This document shows, piece by piece, positions 12,876 through 27,780 of a stretch of 64,000 nt of DNA. The notes under the pieces were generated by a model, which saw only the letters and a list, made by a program, of their open reading frames with translations, ran no database searches and had not been told where the DNA came from. How positions within the stretch are numbered: position 1 is the stretch's first letter; every line of letters begins with the position of its first letter. The DNA is from the human T2T-CHM13v2.0 reference genome, Homo sapiens, in assembly GCF_009914755.1 (NCBI RefSeq), contig NC_060940.1; one strand, written 5' to 3'. The position numbers were made by a program, and so were the translations under genes.

Positions 12876-14689
12876 TAATATGATATTTACCATAATCTCT
12901 TCAATATTGGGGGAGAATCCACATAATTTTTTGTCAGTAATTGTGTGCTTTCAAAAATAAGTAACAATGTTTTATGACAAAAGTGAAAGCGTTATGCAAG
13001 AAATTAGACCTGTGCTGTCCAGGGTAGTGGTTCACATGTTCAGAGACACTCGGGAAAGATTTTAAAGGTAGCCAATTTACTGGTTTCATATGGTCCAGCT
13101 GCAGAAATTATAGCCAATAGTACATGCAGTCCAGCTCGTCAGTGATGACAAGCAGAAAGCCACTTCCATTAGGCTCAAGTTTTCCAGCTTCAGCCTGAGA
13201 ATAGATGGGATTTCAAGCATCTATACCGAGAGATGCCAACGAAACCAGCCAGGAGCAAAATTACCAGAATTCTTGAACCAGACAGAACCAGGGCAGATGG
13301 CATCTCAAGCACCTTCGCAGACCAGCGCCGGCTGACCCAGCCAGAACTGGAACTGGGTACGGTGTCAATTCCACTTGTACTCAGCAGTCAGAGAACTGTG
13401 TGACCTTCGATCCTGGCGGAGCTGGAATTGAAACCGAAACATGAGGCGTAGAGCCATCACAGGAGCACACTAACTTCCCACTCATCACCGTGAATTGAAG
13501 TGGAGGGCCTTAACAAACCACCCAGCAGAACCAGGACTCCTTAAAATAGTAGCTCAGAAACCACTCAGAAGTTAAAGGAACAGCAATGAATGGTGTCCCT
13601 ATGAGCAGACAGCCAATTGCACTTCAAAATACTTAAAAGTTTTTGAGAGAGCTAGCGTTGAGCTATTGAAATTTACCATGTAAACTTAGGACTTCAGAAG
13701 AAAATTGGACATCCTCCATTGCTTTTTTGTTCCTTGCTTCCTGTGGTATTTCTTAATTATTGGTTGGTATAACCAGCTGTTTTTGAAGCTGTCATACTGG
13801 TAGGACTATTTATGTGATTGTAAACACCTATTATTTTTGTTACTAAAGGTAGTTCAACTCGGACTCTCTGTGTGATGATTAAGAAATCTGTCCAACGTGA
13901 GTTAAGCAAATAAGGGAAATTATTGCCTTCATTAGCTGAAAAGTTCACAGGCGGGTCTGGCTTCAGGAGTGGCATGATGAAGCGGCTCCAGTACAACCAC
14001 TAAGAACAATTTCTTTTCTGAGATTCCAGTATAATTAATTCTCTTAGGATATTGCCTTTGTTCTTGGATGCAGGGTCTTCTTCTGCATTACCCCTCCTGT
14101 GGTCATGAGATGACTCCTCTAGCTCCCCCTGCCAAATGCTTCCAGGTCCACACCACAGGGAAACAGAACTTCCTTCACCTAACTGTCAAACACAGGGCCT
14201 GGACTTAACATTATATCACTGGAATAAGATGCACTGACTGACTTCTTCTAATTAGGACTCATTCCAAAAGTTCAATCGGTAGGAGATAGAGAAAGGCAAT
14301 CCTAACCCAAACCACATGAGCAGAGAAGAAGTAAAGGATAGGTCCCCAAAGGAAATGCGGGGTGCTGCCTTACCAGATGAATGGTATGATTGTGGACCAA
14401 TTCAAGCAGAAACCTACTACCAAAGATAATTTAAATATAGGGGCTGTTATTTACCAATGACTGCACTCTTCTTCATCTTAGGATCAGGGCTATTTGGCTA
14501 GTTGTTTTGAGTATATAAACATGATAGCCAAATCTTTGTCAAATATTGAGATGAAAAACACTTATGTGAAGAGAGAGAATAGTGCAATATTGCTTGTGTT
14601 AAGTTTATCAAATCATTATTGGATTAAATGCGTCTTCCACATGTGACAGCCTGTGCGACAAAAAAGACATGAAAGAAGTGTGGTATAAG

Positions 14690-14842
14690 TGACTCTAAAC
14701 TTCAGTGGGGTTTCTTCCCCATCTGTAAAATGGGAACAATGATTGCAAGTTGAGCTGCTTGTTGAAAAGATTAACAAGGATTTCTATAAAGTGAGGTAAT
14801 GCAATGCCTGCCTCATCAGATTTTCAGTAAATGTGAGTTCCT
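14690..14842 (+). mobile_element. MIR
   Basis: TTCCCCATCTGTAAAATGGGAACAATGA core. Confidence 0.7.
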
Positions 14843-14956
14843 AAAGCTGCCATCTTTGTCCTAAGCTCATCATCAAAGGTAACCTCATTTTCAGATCAGC
14901 TTCCTGAGGTCTCTGAAATAGCAGATATGGATGTAAACATTAAAGGACAACGTAGG

Positions 14957-15307
<351 letters not shown>

Positions 15308-15565
15308 TCAAATGTCTCCCTAAAAAAGAACAGTAAATATATTGTCCCCATGGCAAACTCCAGTCTTTGAATAGTGACTGTCTTATATTGAAGAGATTCC
15401 AAAGGCACATTTATACACAATAGGTAAAAATGTTATCACTCTTTAAAGATGCCTACCCTAGATGGAGGAGGGGGAGAGACAGCTCCAGCAACACGCCTGC
15501 CACCTTTCCAAAGCAGTAACCCAAATCTAAATGTCATATTATTTCTTTGTGCTTGTGCTTTGTAG

Positions 15566-15706
15566 ACTCTGGAAAATCCCAAGTATGAACTGATCATCGA
15601 GGCTCAAGATATGGCTGGACTGGATGTTGGATTAACAGGCACGGCCACAGCCACGATCATGATCGATGACAAAAATGATCACTCACCAAAATTCACCAAG
15701 AAAGAG
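15566..15706 (+). CDS. CDH13: Cadherin-13 (T-cadherin) internal coding exon, probably exon 8; 141 nt, phase 0/0
   Basis: Polypyrimidine tract + TGTAG acceptor ending 15565 and GAG|GTAAAC donor at 15707. Translates [47 protein letters not shown], with the cadherin AxDxG and DxNDHxP Ca2+-binding motifs; recognised as CDH13. Exon number is from memory. Confidence 0.95.
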
Positions 15707-16847
15707 GTAAACCCCTGTGCCAAACACCAACCACCACTGTGGTCACAGCTACAATTACTGATTGATGTTAATTCACGTACCACAGCACCTGCTGGCCCCC
15801 CTTTCAAAATCAAAATACTCCTTTGTGGGAGAGACGATGGTGTTTTGCTGGAATTCTTTCTCACATTTTTATTTTGTGTTTGTGTGTGAGGCTAAAATAC
15901 TAGAGCACGGTGAGAACAAGAGCACTGAATCTTGTTAAAGTCCATAAGAAAATAACTTTTAATGCCCAAGTGCCATTTTCATAGTTTTATTGCTGTTATT
16001 TAGCAGTGAGTTATGAGAGTCCCACTGTGATTTTAGCATAACAATAACTATTTTTTTCCAGCAAGTGCAGATTGAGAGGCCAGACGGAACAGTAGCAAGG
16101 AGGTAAAGCAGATTTCCTAGTCCATAACAATGTGGCCCAGGAGCTTATAAATAACAACAAAGTTAGCTCATCCAGGAGAGCCATTATTCATTCTCAGTCC
16201 CTGTGCTTTTATGATTATGGATCATGGTTGTTGTTTCCCATTTATTCCAAGGGAGCGATGTTTGGGGAAGGGCTGAGTACAGAAGATCACATTCAGTTGC
16301 TAAATTTTTACCCAAACCAGGAAGCCATTTGCACTAAGCACATTCTGATGGAAATGTGCTAAGATTGTGGCTTCTTTAGGGGCCTGGGCCAGGGCATGGA
16401 TTTGATGCCCTTCTTACTGACCAAGTGAAGAATATGGAATAGGTACGATGGCCCCTGACTTTTGCAGAGTCTTTACTGTATCTACCATGGTGTCTCCCCC
16501 TGAGATCTGTTGCCTGATTTGACTGTGTGAGCCTGGCTTTACCATTTTACAAATGAGCTTACTGTGATGCTCAGAGAATCCAGAGAACAAGCTCCAAGGT
16601 CATGGACAGAAAAAGTGGCAGAAACAGGAAGTGAACCAGGTTCCTGTGATTCAAAAGCTGCAGTCCTAACTGTGATGCTGTGCTTTCCTCATCTGCCATC
16701 AATGCTTCCAACCTCCAGGGTGTTTGGAGAAAAAAACCTATATAGGGACCTGCAGTTGCCCCACTGCTCTCTGGAGGAATCTCAAGGCTACCCAGGGTGG
16801 CTTGAGACAGATGGATCCTCTCAACCCCCGAGTTCCCCAATGGCCTC

Positions 16848-17245
16848 TGTATTAGTTCATTCTCACACTGCTATAAAGAACTACCTAAGACTGGGTAATT
16901 TACAAAGAAAAGAGGTTTAATTGGCTCATGATTCTGCAAGCTGTACAGGGATCCTGGCTGGGGAGACCTCAGGAAACATTCAGTCATGGCAGAAGGCAAA
17001 AGAGGAAGCCAGCACATCTTCACATGGAAGAGTAGGAGAGAGAGAGCAAAGGGGAAGGTGCCACACACTTTTAAGCAACCAGATCTCATGAGAATTTTAT
17101 CATGAGACAGCACTAGGGGGGTGGGTGCTAAACCATTAGAAAGCACTCCCGTGATCCAGTCACCTCCCACCAGGCCCCAACTACAACACTGGGAATTATA
17201 ATTCAACATGAGATTTGGGTGGGGATGCAGAACCAAGCCACATCA
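16848..17245 (-). mobile_element. MST (MSTA-like) MaLR solo LTR
   Basis: TGTATTAGTTCATTCTCACACTGCTATAAAGAACTACC...CCACATCA; perfect 5-bp TSD GCCTC (16843-47, 17246-50). Confidence 0.9.
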
Positions 17246-18544
17246 GCCTCTTCACCTCGGCATCCCCCTGCATGGCTCACTCAGGAGGTAGACGTCCCCC
17301 TTTCTCCCTGTGGTGTCTTGGGCACTCAGGATTCCAACCTCAAAACAGCAAAGTCCACGGGAGCTTGATTTGCTCCATTCTCTGACTTCCCATGGCAGGG
17401 TTCCTCTAGCTGCTAATACAGACTGCTCACTCTTGCCATGGTTCCAAACTGGCATTTCAAGAACACCAGTTCTAATTAGTTCCAAACAATTCTAATTCAC
17501 TTCCAAGAAATTAGTCACAAAAATTACACCACCGGGGTGGGGATAGGAATGAAAAAAATATACTTCAGGGTCAAGTAGATGTGGGAAACACTGAATTGAT
17601 TACTTTTAAATGGTTTATTTAACTGCAGGATTTCTGATTAACTTTAAAATGCTTTGTGTTTCTCTAACAGGGTTAGGTATGGTCTGTGGGGTTTCTCATT
17701 CTTCTTTGGCCTGGGGGCTTTTTTTTCTAGGCTACCTTATATGGCTTATGGAGCTGGTGTTTCATGGAATGTTCACTGGGGGATTTTTGTTTATCTTTAT
17801 AATTTCTTTTCAACCTATTTCAAAATAAAAACTCAGAGCACATTGTAATATTCAATATAAACTTAACGATGGGAACAAAAATAGGATAACCCCAACCCAA
17901 AATATGAAGATGGATCTGTGTTACCAGCTGTGTGAGATTAATTAGTTACTTCAATGCCACTGTGAATTTGGGTCCTGTGACTTAGGAAAAAAAGAAATCT
18001 TTGCTCAGTTGTGGACTAAACACTGTGAATGACAGACTATTGTTTTTAATGTCATTGAATCCAAGGAATAATTTAACATGGACTTTAAAGGTTAGCTACC
18101 ATTCCAAAATATCATATTGATTTCAAAATATCATATTGTAAACACTAAAAGCATACAATGTTATCTGTCAATCTTAAAAAATAAATTTTGAAAAAAGAGA
18201 CACTGAGTAGCATAAGGAAAATGTATCTGCCTGTAAATACTAGCAAAAGCACACACATTTTCTTCAAATGGAGATTAGACAATGAGTTTGAGATTCCCAA
18301 AAGGCAGAGCTGATACCTAAACTCATAAAGAGAGATAAGTAATCAGATGAAAGGAAGTGATAACAAGTACACTAGACTCTCATTTGGATATTAAATGTCC
18401 CAAAGGAGTCTTTGCCCAATGTTTGATAATTTAAATTCATGATTAAACTTTCTGTCGTGTTCCTGAAAGGCTGATGTTCTTTGTTGAAGGGGATTCATAC
18501 ACTTTGGATAGTAACACTGCTGGGGGTAATGTGATTGAGAAGTA

Positions 18545-18740
18545 AGGAGGGGGCGCTGGAGCCGGAATTGGGTTCACATCCCACTGACCAGCCATGTGGT
18601 GGGAGCATGTTAAGTGCTCTACATCCCAGTCTCTTCACCTGTTAACGGGCTGATCGCAGAGCCCACCTCATTAGGTCATTGTGAATGAGCTAATGACTAA
18701 AAGAACCTAGATAGTGCCTGTCGCCCAGTATTTTCTAAAG
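18545..18740 (+). mobile_element. MIR followed by degenerate (GAT)n-rich tract
   Basis: TGGGTTCACATCCC...CAGTCTCTTCACCTGTTAA...ATAGTGCCTG. Confidence 0.6.
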
Positions 18741-19551
18741 TATAGAGATGAGGACAGTGGTGATGACACCGCTGATGAGGATGGTGGGAGGAAGGCCATG
18801 ATGAAGAAGAAGATTGTAATGAGAAAGATATTATTATGACAATGATGTTTCCAAAATGTCAGAGGCCAAATTGACATTCTTATCGAAAGGGCCACCTCCC
18901 CTCCAGGTTAAAAGGCTACTCTTTTCCTTTAAAGTGACATATGAATCTGCTCAAGCACTTCAAAATACATGGTTAGGACCCTAGAGTTCTAGGGGAGAAG
19001 CAATTCTGCAGGAGAGGTGGCAGAATCTGTAAAATGCATCACTATGAGATCAGGCCTCGGGACAAAAGCGAGAGAGACCAAGAGAAACCTGCTGGGGAGA
19101 GGAGAGCTCCTAATGAGGACTGGCTCAGATGCAGTGGCCTCTAGGATATGGAAGAGGTAGGAAAACAGGATGCCCTAGAAACAGAGAGGAAAGATGGGGC
19201 TTATGATCTTGAAGTTGAAACAAATTTTAGAGATGAAAATCAAGGTTTAGTCATTCCAAAATAGAAATGGTGATCATTTGGAGTTGAGGATGTCCAGAAA
19301 GCTCTCTAAGGAGATGTTGTCCTAAGTAAATTTTTTCATATCTTAGGACATTTCGAAGTTGATAAGAATACATGGTTTTTGGGAATATATGAGGTTTTTA
19401 AATTCTATCTTACATGACTTTCCCTCTCCGGAGAGATGTATCCTTTTATCTGTTTTTGAAATCTATATAAAAGATGAGTTATGATTGATCACAAATAATA
19501 GAGACTAGAAATAACACTGTTGAACAAAATAGAGGTAGTTTCTCTCACTTA

Positions 19552-19918
<367 letters not shown>

Positions 19919-20250
19919 TTAGCTTTCTGCTCCGCCGCCCTCACGGCTGCCTTGTGGTACAATAGGGTCACTGCAGCACCAGGTATAACAGCCAGTAACA
20001 GGAAGTAAGAAGCAGGGAATGAGAAGAACAAAGGAGAACCGGCCACCTGAGTAAATGTCACTTGAAAACTTCCCCAGAAGACTAAGTGACTTCTGCTTGC
20101 ATCTCTGTAGCCTCCCTTACCTGTAAGGGAGGCTGAGAAATAACTACAGTTGTCTTCAGTTGGTATGTTGCATTTATAGTGTTTGTTTAAGGAAGGAGAT
20201 ACTTTAAAGGTTACTTTTAAAAGTAAATTCTTATTGCAAAGTAAGCTCAT

Positions 20251-20547
20251 CCAGGCACGGTGGCTCACGCCTGTAATCCCAGCACTCCGGGAGGCCGAGG
20301 TGGGTGGATCCCCTGAGGTCAGGAGTTCGAGACCAACCTGACCAATATGGTGAAACCCTGTCTCTACTAAAAATACAGAAAGATTAGCTGGGCATGGTGG
20401 CACATGCCTGTAATCCTAGCTACTTGGGAGGCTTAGGCAGGAGAATTGCTTGAACCAGGGAGTCAGAGGTTGCAGTGAGCTGAGATCACACCAGTGCACT
20501 CCAGCCTGGTGACAGAGCAAGACTCGGTCTCAAAAAAAAAAGAAAAA
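20251..20547 (+). mobile_element. AluS
   Basis: Dimeric Alu; flanking GTAAGCTCA repeat (20241-49, 20551-59). Confidence 0.93.
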
Positions 20548-21597
20548 CATGTAAGCTCAATTCTTTAGTCCTCTCGTGTTCATTTACAATGACTATACAC
20601 TTGCTGAGAAGCAACAGCCACATCTCTCCTATCCTCTGTTGTATCCCGGCAGGCACTCAATAACAGAGCATTTGCTGAACGCTTCCTGAAGATAATTTTA
20701 ACTTCAGAACAGCTTCACTGCATACGATGAACGAAGATTGTACTTAAAATTGCCGCTGATACATGAAATCAATTTTCAGTCATTGATGTTCATGCAAATT
20801 TAGGTTGGAAACGCTAGTTTTTCTCTGTGGAGAGTTTTCTATAAGTTTTCCTAATAGCTTGTACGTATGACTTCAACTAACTGTTAGTTTTGAACTTCTT
20901 ACATAAGGTATTTTGAAATGATCTGAGAAAATCTAGTTAAACTCTTCAAATACAGACTTTGAAATATACATGAAAACTTCAGCAGCCCCATTTGTGGCTT
21001 TTTCATTCTTGTCTCTTAGGTTATTTTATTAAAAAAAAGATTTCTGATTTGTAGCTAGAACATGGTTGATGCCCAACAAATACGGATTGAATAAGTCATA
21101 TTTTCACATAAATCTCAGGTCATGGGGATTAATAAACTCGCTATTAATTAAAGAATGTGTTTGCAAGTGATTATAAAATTTAAAAAAAACAGAAAATTTC
21201 AAATTTCATTTTCCAGTTGTACCTTAAAATGGCAATTGGTCATTTAGATTTAATAATTTAGGACTTTTTGGCAATTCAATGAGTTCTTTCTAAGGTAAAT
21301 GTTTTGGTGTTTAAACTATAACATTATCATACCTATAATAAAAACGACATAAAACTTATAAGATCCTGTCCTCCAGCTGGAAAATGAGAGATGGGCAAAT
21401 GCTCCAGTTTTCACAAAGGGACAAAGGTAAATGGTAGGAGTTAGGAGCTGTCAAGCTGCAAGTGAGCCATAGGCAGAAATTCACATCAGGTTATCAAATG
21501 AATGCTGGAGTCCAGGCTCCAATTTCTAAAAGTCAGTGTGGAGTCCTGAAGAATACATGGTGCCTCAAGTATCTTCTTTTCCTGTGGGGTATTAGCA

Positions 21598-21921
21598 TTT
21601 TTTGTTTTTTGAGACAGGTTCTCATTCTGTCACCCAGGCTGGAGTGCAGTAGCACAATCATAGTTTCGGCTCACTGCAACCTCAAGCTCCTGGGCTCAGT
21701 CAGTCCTCCTGCCTCAGCCTCCTGAGTAGCTGGGACTTCAGGCATACACCACCATGTCTGGCTAATTTTTGTATTTTTTTTTTTTTTTTTTTTGGTATTT
21801 TTGTAGAGGCGAGGTTCTGCCATGTTCCTCGGGCTGGTCTTGAACTATTGGGCCCAAGCAATCCACCCACCTAAGCTTCCCAAAGTGCTGGGATTAAAGG
21901 CATGAGCCACTGTGCCCAGCC
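21598..21921 (-). mobile_element. AluJ with expanded central poly-T linker
   Basis: Reverse Alu; TSD-like GTATT(A/C)GCATTT on both sides. Confidence 0.9.
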
Positions 21922-22249
21922 AGTATTCGCATTTTTAATTAAAATATTGTGTTAATTAACTGCCTAATACAACCTCTAATAGTTTTTCTCTTCCATGTCT
22001 GGCTGCAAACTCTATGGTCACTTCTTCATATAACAATTACATAAGATCATTGTCTATAGAAATATAAGAACAAAAGGTATAGGCTTTCTTCTAGCAGGGT
22101 TGATAGAAATTTTCTCTGTGTCATCAAGAGTTTAGAAACTTTTTTTTTGTTTTTGCTTTCACAACACATTTTATTATTGGAAAACTTGTGCACATTTTGA
22201 GGAATATCATCAAATTTAAGGACGTTTCTGTCATATATATGAGCTATGC

Positions 22250-22459
22250 CAAGCTTGTTCAACTTGCGGCCTGTGAGCTGGCAGCATGCAGCTGAGGATG
22301 GCTTTGAATGCGGCCCAACACAAATTCGTAAACTTTCTTAAGACATTATGAGATTTTTTTTTTAGCTCATCAGCTATCATATTAGTGTATTTTATATGTG
22401 GCCCAAGACAATTCTTCTTCCAGTATGGCCCAGGGAAGCCAAAAGATTGGGCAACCCAG
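22250..22459 (-). mobile_element. MER30 hAT DNA transposon
   Basis: CAAGCTTGTTCAAC...GGCCCAACACAAATTCGTAAACTTTCTTAA...GGGAAGCCAAAAGATTGG; 8-bp TSD A(G/A)CTATGC. Confidence 0.85.
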
Positions 22460-22814
22460 AACTATGCAATTTCCAGTCTTCTTGTGTAAAAACTAATCTT
22501 TAAATCAATGACATATTAGCTAAGTTGTCATCCACATCCTCGTATGAGGCATATTATGAGTTTTATGTTATCTTTATTGGAGTGAGCATGGAAGATCAAA
22601 TCGGCAAGAATTTAAATCTTTTTCCAATGTGTTTATTATGATTCATTCTTCTTCATTAGTGGCTTTATTAAACAATCAAGAAGCTATTTTATTTCTTGTG
22701 TTAGAAATTTACCTTTTCCTCTTAATAAATTATTTGAGGCAGAATGATGTCAGGATACCTGTTTATTTCATTTTTTAACTTTATCACTTTTGATTATAGG
22801 CCATTCAAGTTTTT

Positions 22815-23300
22815 TACTAACAGCTTTATTGAGATATAACTCACATGCCATAAAATTCACACTTTTAAAATGTACAATTCATTGGTTTTCATTATATTCA
22901 CAGAGTTGTAGAATTATCATTACTGTCTAATTTTAGAACATTTTCATCGTCCCAAAAAGAAACCCGAACCCATGAGCAGTTACTCCCCATTGCCCATTCC
23001 CCCACGCTGGCCACCACTGATCTACTGTCAGCCTCTATGGATTAGTTTATTCTGGACATTTCATATGAATGGAATCATACAATACGTGGTCCTTTGTGAC
23101 TGGCTTCTTTCACTTAGCATTATGTCTTCATGGTCTGCCCATGTTTTAGTGTGTCTTAGTACTTCATTTCTTTGTGTGGCTGAATAATACTCCATTCCAT
23201 GGTTATACCACATTTTATGCATTCATCCACTAAGGGACATTTAGGCAGTTTCAGTTTTTGGCTATTGTGAGTAACGCTGCTGTGAACATTCATGTACAAG
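22815..23300 (-). mobile_element. L1MB-like 3' end
   Basis: AACAGCTTTATTGAGATATAACTCACATGCCATAAAATTCAC...AATGGAATCATACAATA. Confidence 0.8.
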
Positions 23301-23479
23301 TCATTAAGTCTTTATCTGCGTTTTCTCTCACATCCTAAACAGCTAGAATAAAAAAAAAAAGTACCCATAATATCACTCCAAATTAGTAATCTGTAATTCC
23401 TCAGTTGTTTTATTGAAACATTTCAAAATGCGTTTCTAAATTGCAGTTAATATGACTTATTCAAGACTTATCAACTTCT

Positions 23480-26400
23480 TTTTGTCATGTAACTTCCATA
23501 TGAAAAAAGTACACAAATCCTGAGTGATTTAATTCTCAACAGATCAAACACAAAACCCAAATCAAGACACAGAATATGATCAGCAACTCAAAAGCTTCCT
23601 AGGGTTCCTGCTAGTCCCACCACCTGCTCGGTAAAACAGCTCCTCTCCTGACGTCTTTCACTATAAACTAATTTTTTTCCTATTTTTACCTTATTTATAT
23701 AAATAATCATAGTGTGGACCCTTGGGACTAACTTTTGTGAGACTTATCTATGTTGTTGCACATAGCCGTAATCTATTCATGTTCGTTACCATGCAAATAT
23801 ATTTCAGTTTACTCCTTCATCCTACTACATGTGGGCATTTGGGTTATTTCCAGTTTGGGGATAATTTAGGTAATAGTGGAATAAGTATTCTTGAATGTGT
23901 CTTTTGGTGCATATTTGAAGCTTATATGTGTTTCTGTTTGGGGTATATCTACAGGTGAAATTGCTAATTCAACTTCGGTTGATTCCACCAGAGTAGTTAA
24001 CTCCAGTTTACAGTGGAACACTCACTGAGAATCTTGACTGCTATATATTTTCCCCAACATTTGGTTTTATCAGTTTTTTGGTTTGTTATTATTTTTAGCC
24101 TTTCCAATGTGTATGTAGTGACATTTCCCTGAGGCTTTAATTTGTATTTCTCTGGTGGCTGATGAAGTTGACCATCTTCCATCCACTGGCTGTTGGGATT
24201 CTACTTTTGGGTAATACCTTTTCAAGTCTTTCAACCATTTTTTAAGTTGGGTTATTAGTCTTTCTCTTATCGACGTGTTTATCTTTATTCTGGATGTGAG
24301 TCCTTTGAGTTATATACATGTTGCAATTTTTTTTTTACACTCTGGCTTTCCTCTTCTCTCTCTGAATGAAGGTAGAGTCCCAATTTTAATGAATTCCAAT
24401 GTTGGTTGATGGTTAATGTCATCTGTGCTCTATTTTTGCCTACCCCAAAGGTTTAATTTCATTGATGGATATGAAACTATGTATATTTCAATTTGCCAAT
24501 TTGTGTTTTTCCAGGAATTTGTCCATTTCATTTTTTTTCTCTATTTTTCTTGGTTGGTCCTGCCATGGAGTCATTCTATCCACTTTATTAATCTTTTCAA
24601 AGAAACTACTTTTTGTTTTGTGGATTTTTCTCTATTGGGTGTTTCTTTGTTTTTTTCCTTCTATCTCTTTGGGTATCTTTCACCATTTATTTTTCAAACC
24701 CCTCCCTAAAAATGATACTTTAATCATTGATTTTCAATCTTTCTTTTTTTCTAATGTATGGATTTAAGACTATATAAATTTTCCCTTAAGCATGACTATA
24801 GTTGCATTACATAATATGTGCTATGATGTATTTTCATTATCATTCAGATCAAAAATATTTTTGAATTTTCTTGGGTCCCTTTTGTGACTTGTGGTTTTCT
24901 AGAAGTATATTGCTAAATGTGACATATTTGGGAGTGTTTTTTATTCTTTTCCATTAATTTCTATCTTAATTCTACAGTGGTTAGAAAGCATCCACTATAT
25001 GATTACAGTCCTTTGACATTTGCTGAGACTTGCTTTACAAGCTCACATGTAATCAATTTTGATAGATGGCCCATGAATGCTTTAAAATAATGTTAATTCT
25101 GTAGTTGTTTAGTATCGTGATCTATATACATCAGTTAGGCCAAGGTTTACAATTTTGTTGTTCAAACCTTCTATATATGTTTTATTAATCTGCTTATTGT
25201 ATCAGTTACTGAAAGAGTGATATGATATCTATAATTACAGATCTATCTATTTCTCCTGTTGGTACTATTAAATTTTTAAAAACTTAATTTGAGGCTGTCT
25301 TATTAGATGTATACAAATTTAAAATTGTTATATCTTCCTAATGCATTGACTCTTTACCATCATGAAATGTACCTCTCTATCTCTGCAAATGCTTTCTGCT
25401 TTAACATTTATCTCATCTCGTATTAGAATAATTATCTTACCTTTCTTTTGGTCAGTGTCATCATGGTATATTTCTTTCTGTCATTTTTTTCTTTCTGACT
25501 TTCTGTAATCTTATATTTAGTCTGTGTCTCTTTTAAGTGGTGTATGTATGGGCTTTGATTTTTTAAAATCAATTCCAATAATGTTATTGTTAGTGGAATT
25601 ATTTTGCCCATTTACATTTAATGCAAGTACAACATATTCGGGTTTCAATCTACCAGTCTAAGTATTTGTTTTCTATTTGTTGCTCCTTTTTGATAAATTT
25701 CTTTTCCTCTTATCTCTTATCTTTTTCACATTTACTTGGGTTTTTTTATAATTTCATATTCAGCTCTAATAACTTATTAGTTATACTTCATTTTCATATT
25801 CTTGTAGTGGGTTCTGAGAAATTGCAATATATATTCTCAACTTTTGGACTCTAACATCAAGTAGAATTTTTAGGACTTACTGGATAATCCAAGGACTTTA
25901 GAAAATTTGAGCTCCTTTTATCATCCTCCTACCTTCTGAGATATTGTTGTTATGTTTTAATTCTGTATCAGTTTATGTTTTTCTACTTATTTACCCTTTG
26001 TATTATTATTTATTTATCCCTGTTTTTGTGCTTCCACATGGAAGAATTTTCCCCTCTGATTAAAAAATTCCTTTTATTTTAAAAATACTGCAAGTCTGCT
26101 GGTAATAAGTTCTCTCATATATTATCTAAAAAATGTCTTTTTTGCCAGAATTTTTGAAGAATATTTTCACTGGAGGTAAAATCTTGGTTGCCAGTTATTT
26201 TCTTAGAGAACTTCAAAGATAACATTTCATTGTCTTCTGACATCTATCATGTTTGTCAAAAGGTCAGCTGTCAGTGTTACTTTTATTTCCATTGAAAGAA
26301 ACGTGTCTCTTTTCTCTGGCTGCTTTCAAAAACATTCTTTGTCTTTACTTTTCAGCAGCTTAACTGTGACATGCTGAACTGTGGTTTAATTCGTATTAAT

Positions 26401-27780
26401 TATACTTGTTCCTTAAATATCTCAATTCATAAACCCATCTCTTCAAATATTTCTTCTGACTCATTTTATCTTCACTGGGACCCTAATTTTATATATGAAT
26501 GTGTTTGTGTTTGTATGCACACATACATATACAAACATACATATACACACACACATAAATATATATATAGACTTTCTATGCTTCTGTTGAGCTATTTTTA
26601 AGCTCACCAATCCTCTCTTCTGTCTAATCTACTATACCCATTTATTGATTTAATTACACTCAGGCCAGGCACGGTGGCTCACGCCTGTAATACCAGCACT
26701 TTGGGAGACCGGTGGGCAGATCACTTGAGGTCAGGAGTTCAACACCAGCCTGGCCAACATGGTGAAACCCTGTCTCTACTAAATAAATACAAAAATTAGT
26801 CAGGCGTGGTGGCGCCCACCTGTAGTCTCAGCTGCCTTGGAGGCTGAGGCACGAGAATCACTTGAACCCCAGAGTTGGAGGTTGCATTGAGCTGAGATCA
26901 TGCCACCGCACTCCAGCCTCCATGACAGAATGAGAGTCTGCCTCAAAAAAAATTTTTTTTTAATTAATAAATAATAATTACACTCATATTTTAAATTATG
27001 TAATTTCAAATTCTTTTTTGAATAAAATTATCAGCTGAAATTCTACATTTTACCTATTTTCATGAATATTTTAGTCAAATTATTTACAATTCAATGTCTG
27101 CTAACTCCAGCATCCATTAATAGATACTTCTGAGTCTATTTCTATTATCAGTCCTTTTCTCCTGGTTTTTGGTCATTGGTTATAGTCGCCTGGCATACCT
27201 AGGAATTTTTTAATTTAATTTTGGACAACATATATGAAAATGTTTAGAGATTAGTAGAGGCTCTGGCTGATGATTCCCCCAGAGAGGATTCCCTTTTGCT
27301 TTCTGTAAACAGATAAGAGTAGGACAGGATGACTTTAAGTCAGTCTGAGATGGAGTTGGTTTGTGGTGGGACTCAGGCTTTTTCAAGGGTGGGTCTACTT
27401 CCCAGTGTTCCCTTCTCCTCGGATGCAGCTTTCCTGGGGTCCTAACTGAAAGTCTGGTATGTTTCCAGGGCTCCTCCACTTTGGCCGACCTTGCATTTCA
27501 CTTCTCAGTCCCTTGTCTCTGCTGAAAGCTCTCCTTGGCCCTCTGGCCTCTTAGACAGCACCTTCTGCTCAGATGCTTAGCCTGCTCTTCCTCTGCCCTC
27601 ACAATCTGGGAAATGCCTTCAAGGGTAAAAGTTCTATGGAATATTGGCCTCGCTTCAGTGAATTTTCCTTCTCTCCAGGATCCTGGACTCTCAAGTATTG
27701 GCTGCCTTACCAGCTCTTCGGCACTTTCAAATAAGTGGGGGGTTTTATATTAAATCCATATCCTGGTTGTTCTAGATTTG
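23480..27780 (-). mobile_element. Long degraded ancient L1 (L1M/L1ME) block
   Basis: T-rich antisense L1-like tract with recognisable pieces (TTTGCTGAGACTTGCTTTA, TTTAATTTGTATTTCTCTG); interrupted by an Alu; boundaries approximate. Confidence 0.65.
26663..26974 (+). mobile_element. AluSx-like
   Basis: TSD TAATTACACTCA at 26651-62 and 26975-86. Confidence 0.93.

Noticed and set aside
15611-15889. 92-aa ORF beginning MAGLDVG as a standalone gene
   Set aside because: It is the CDH13 exon read through the GT donor at 15707 into intron; no nearby canonical poly(A) signal was seen to support a terminal-exon isoform.
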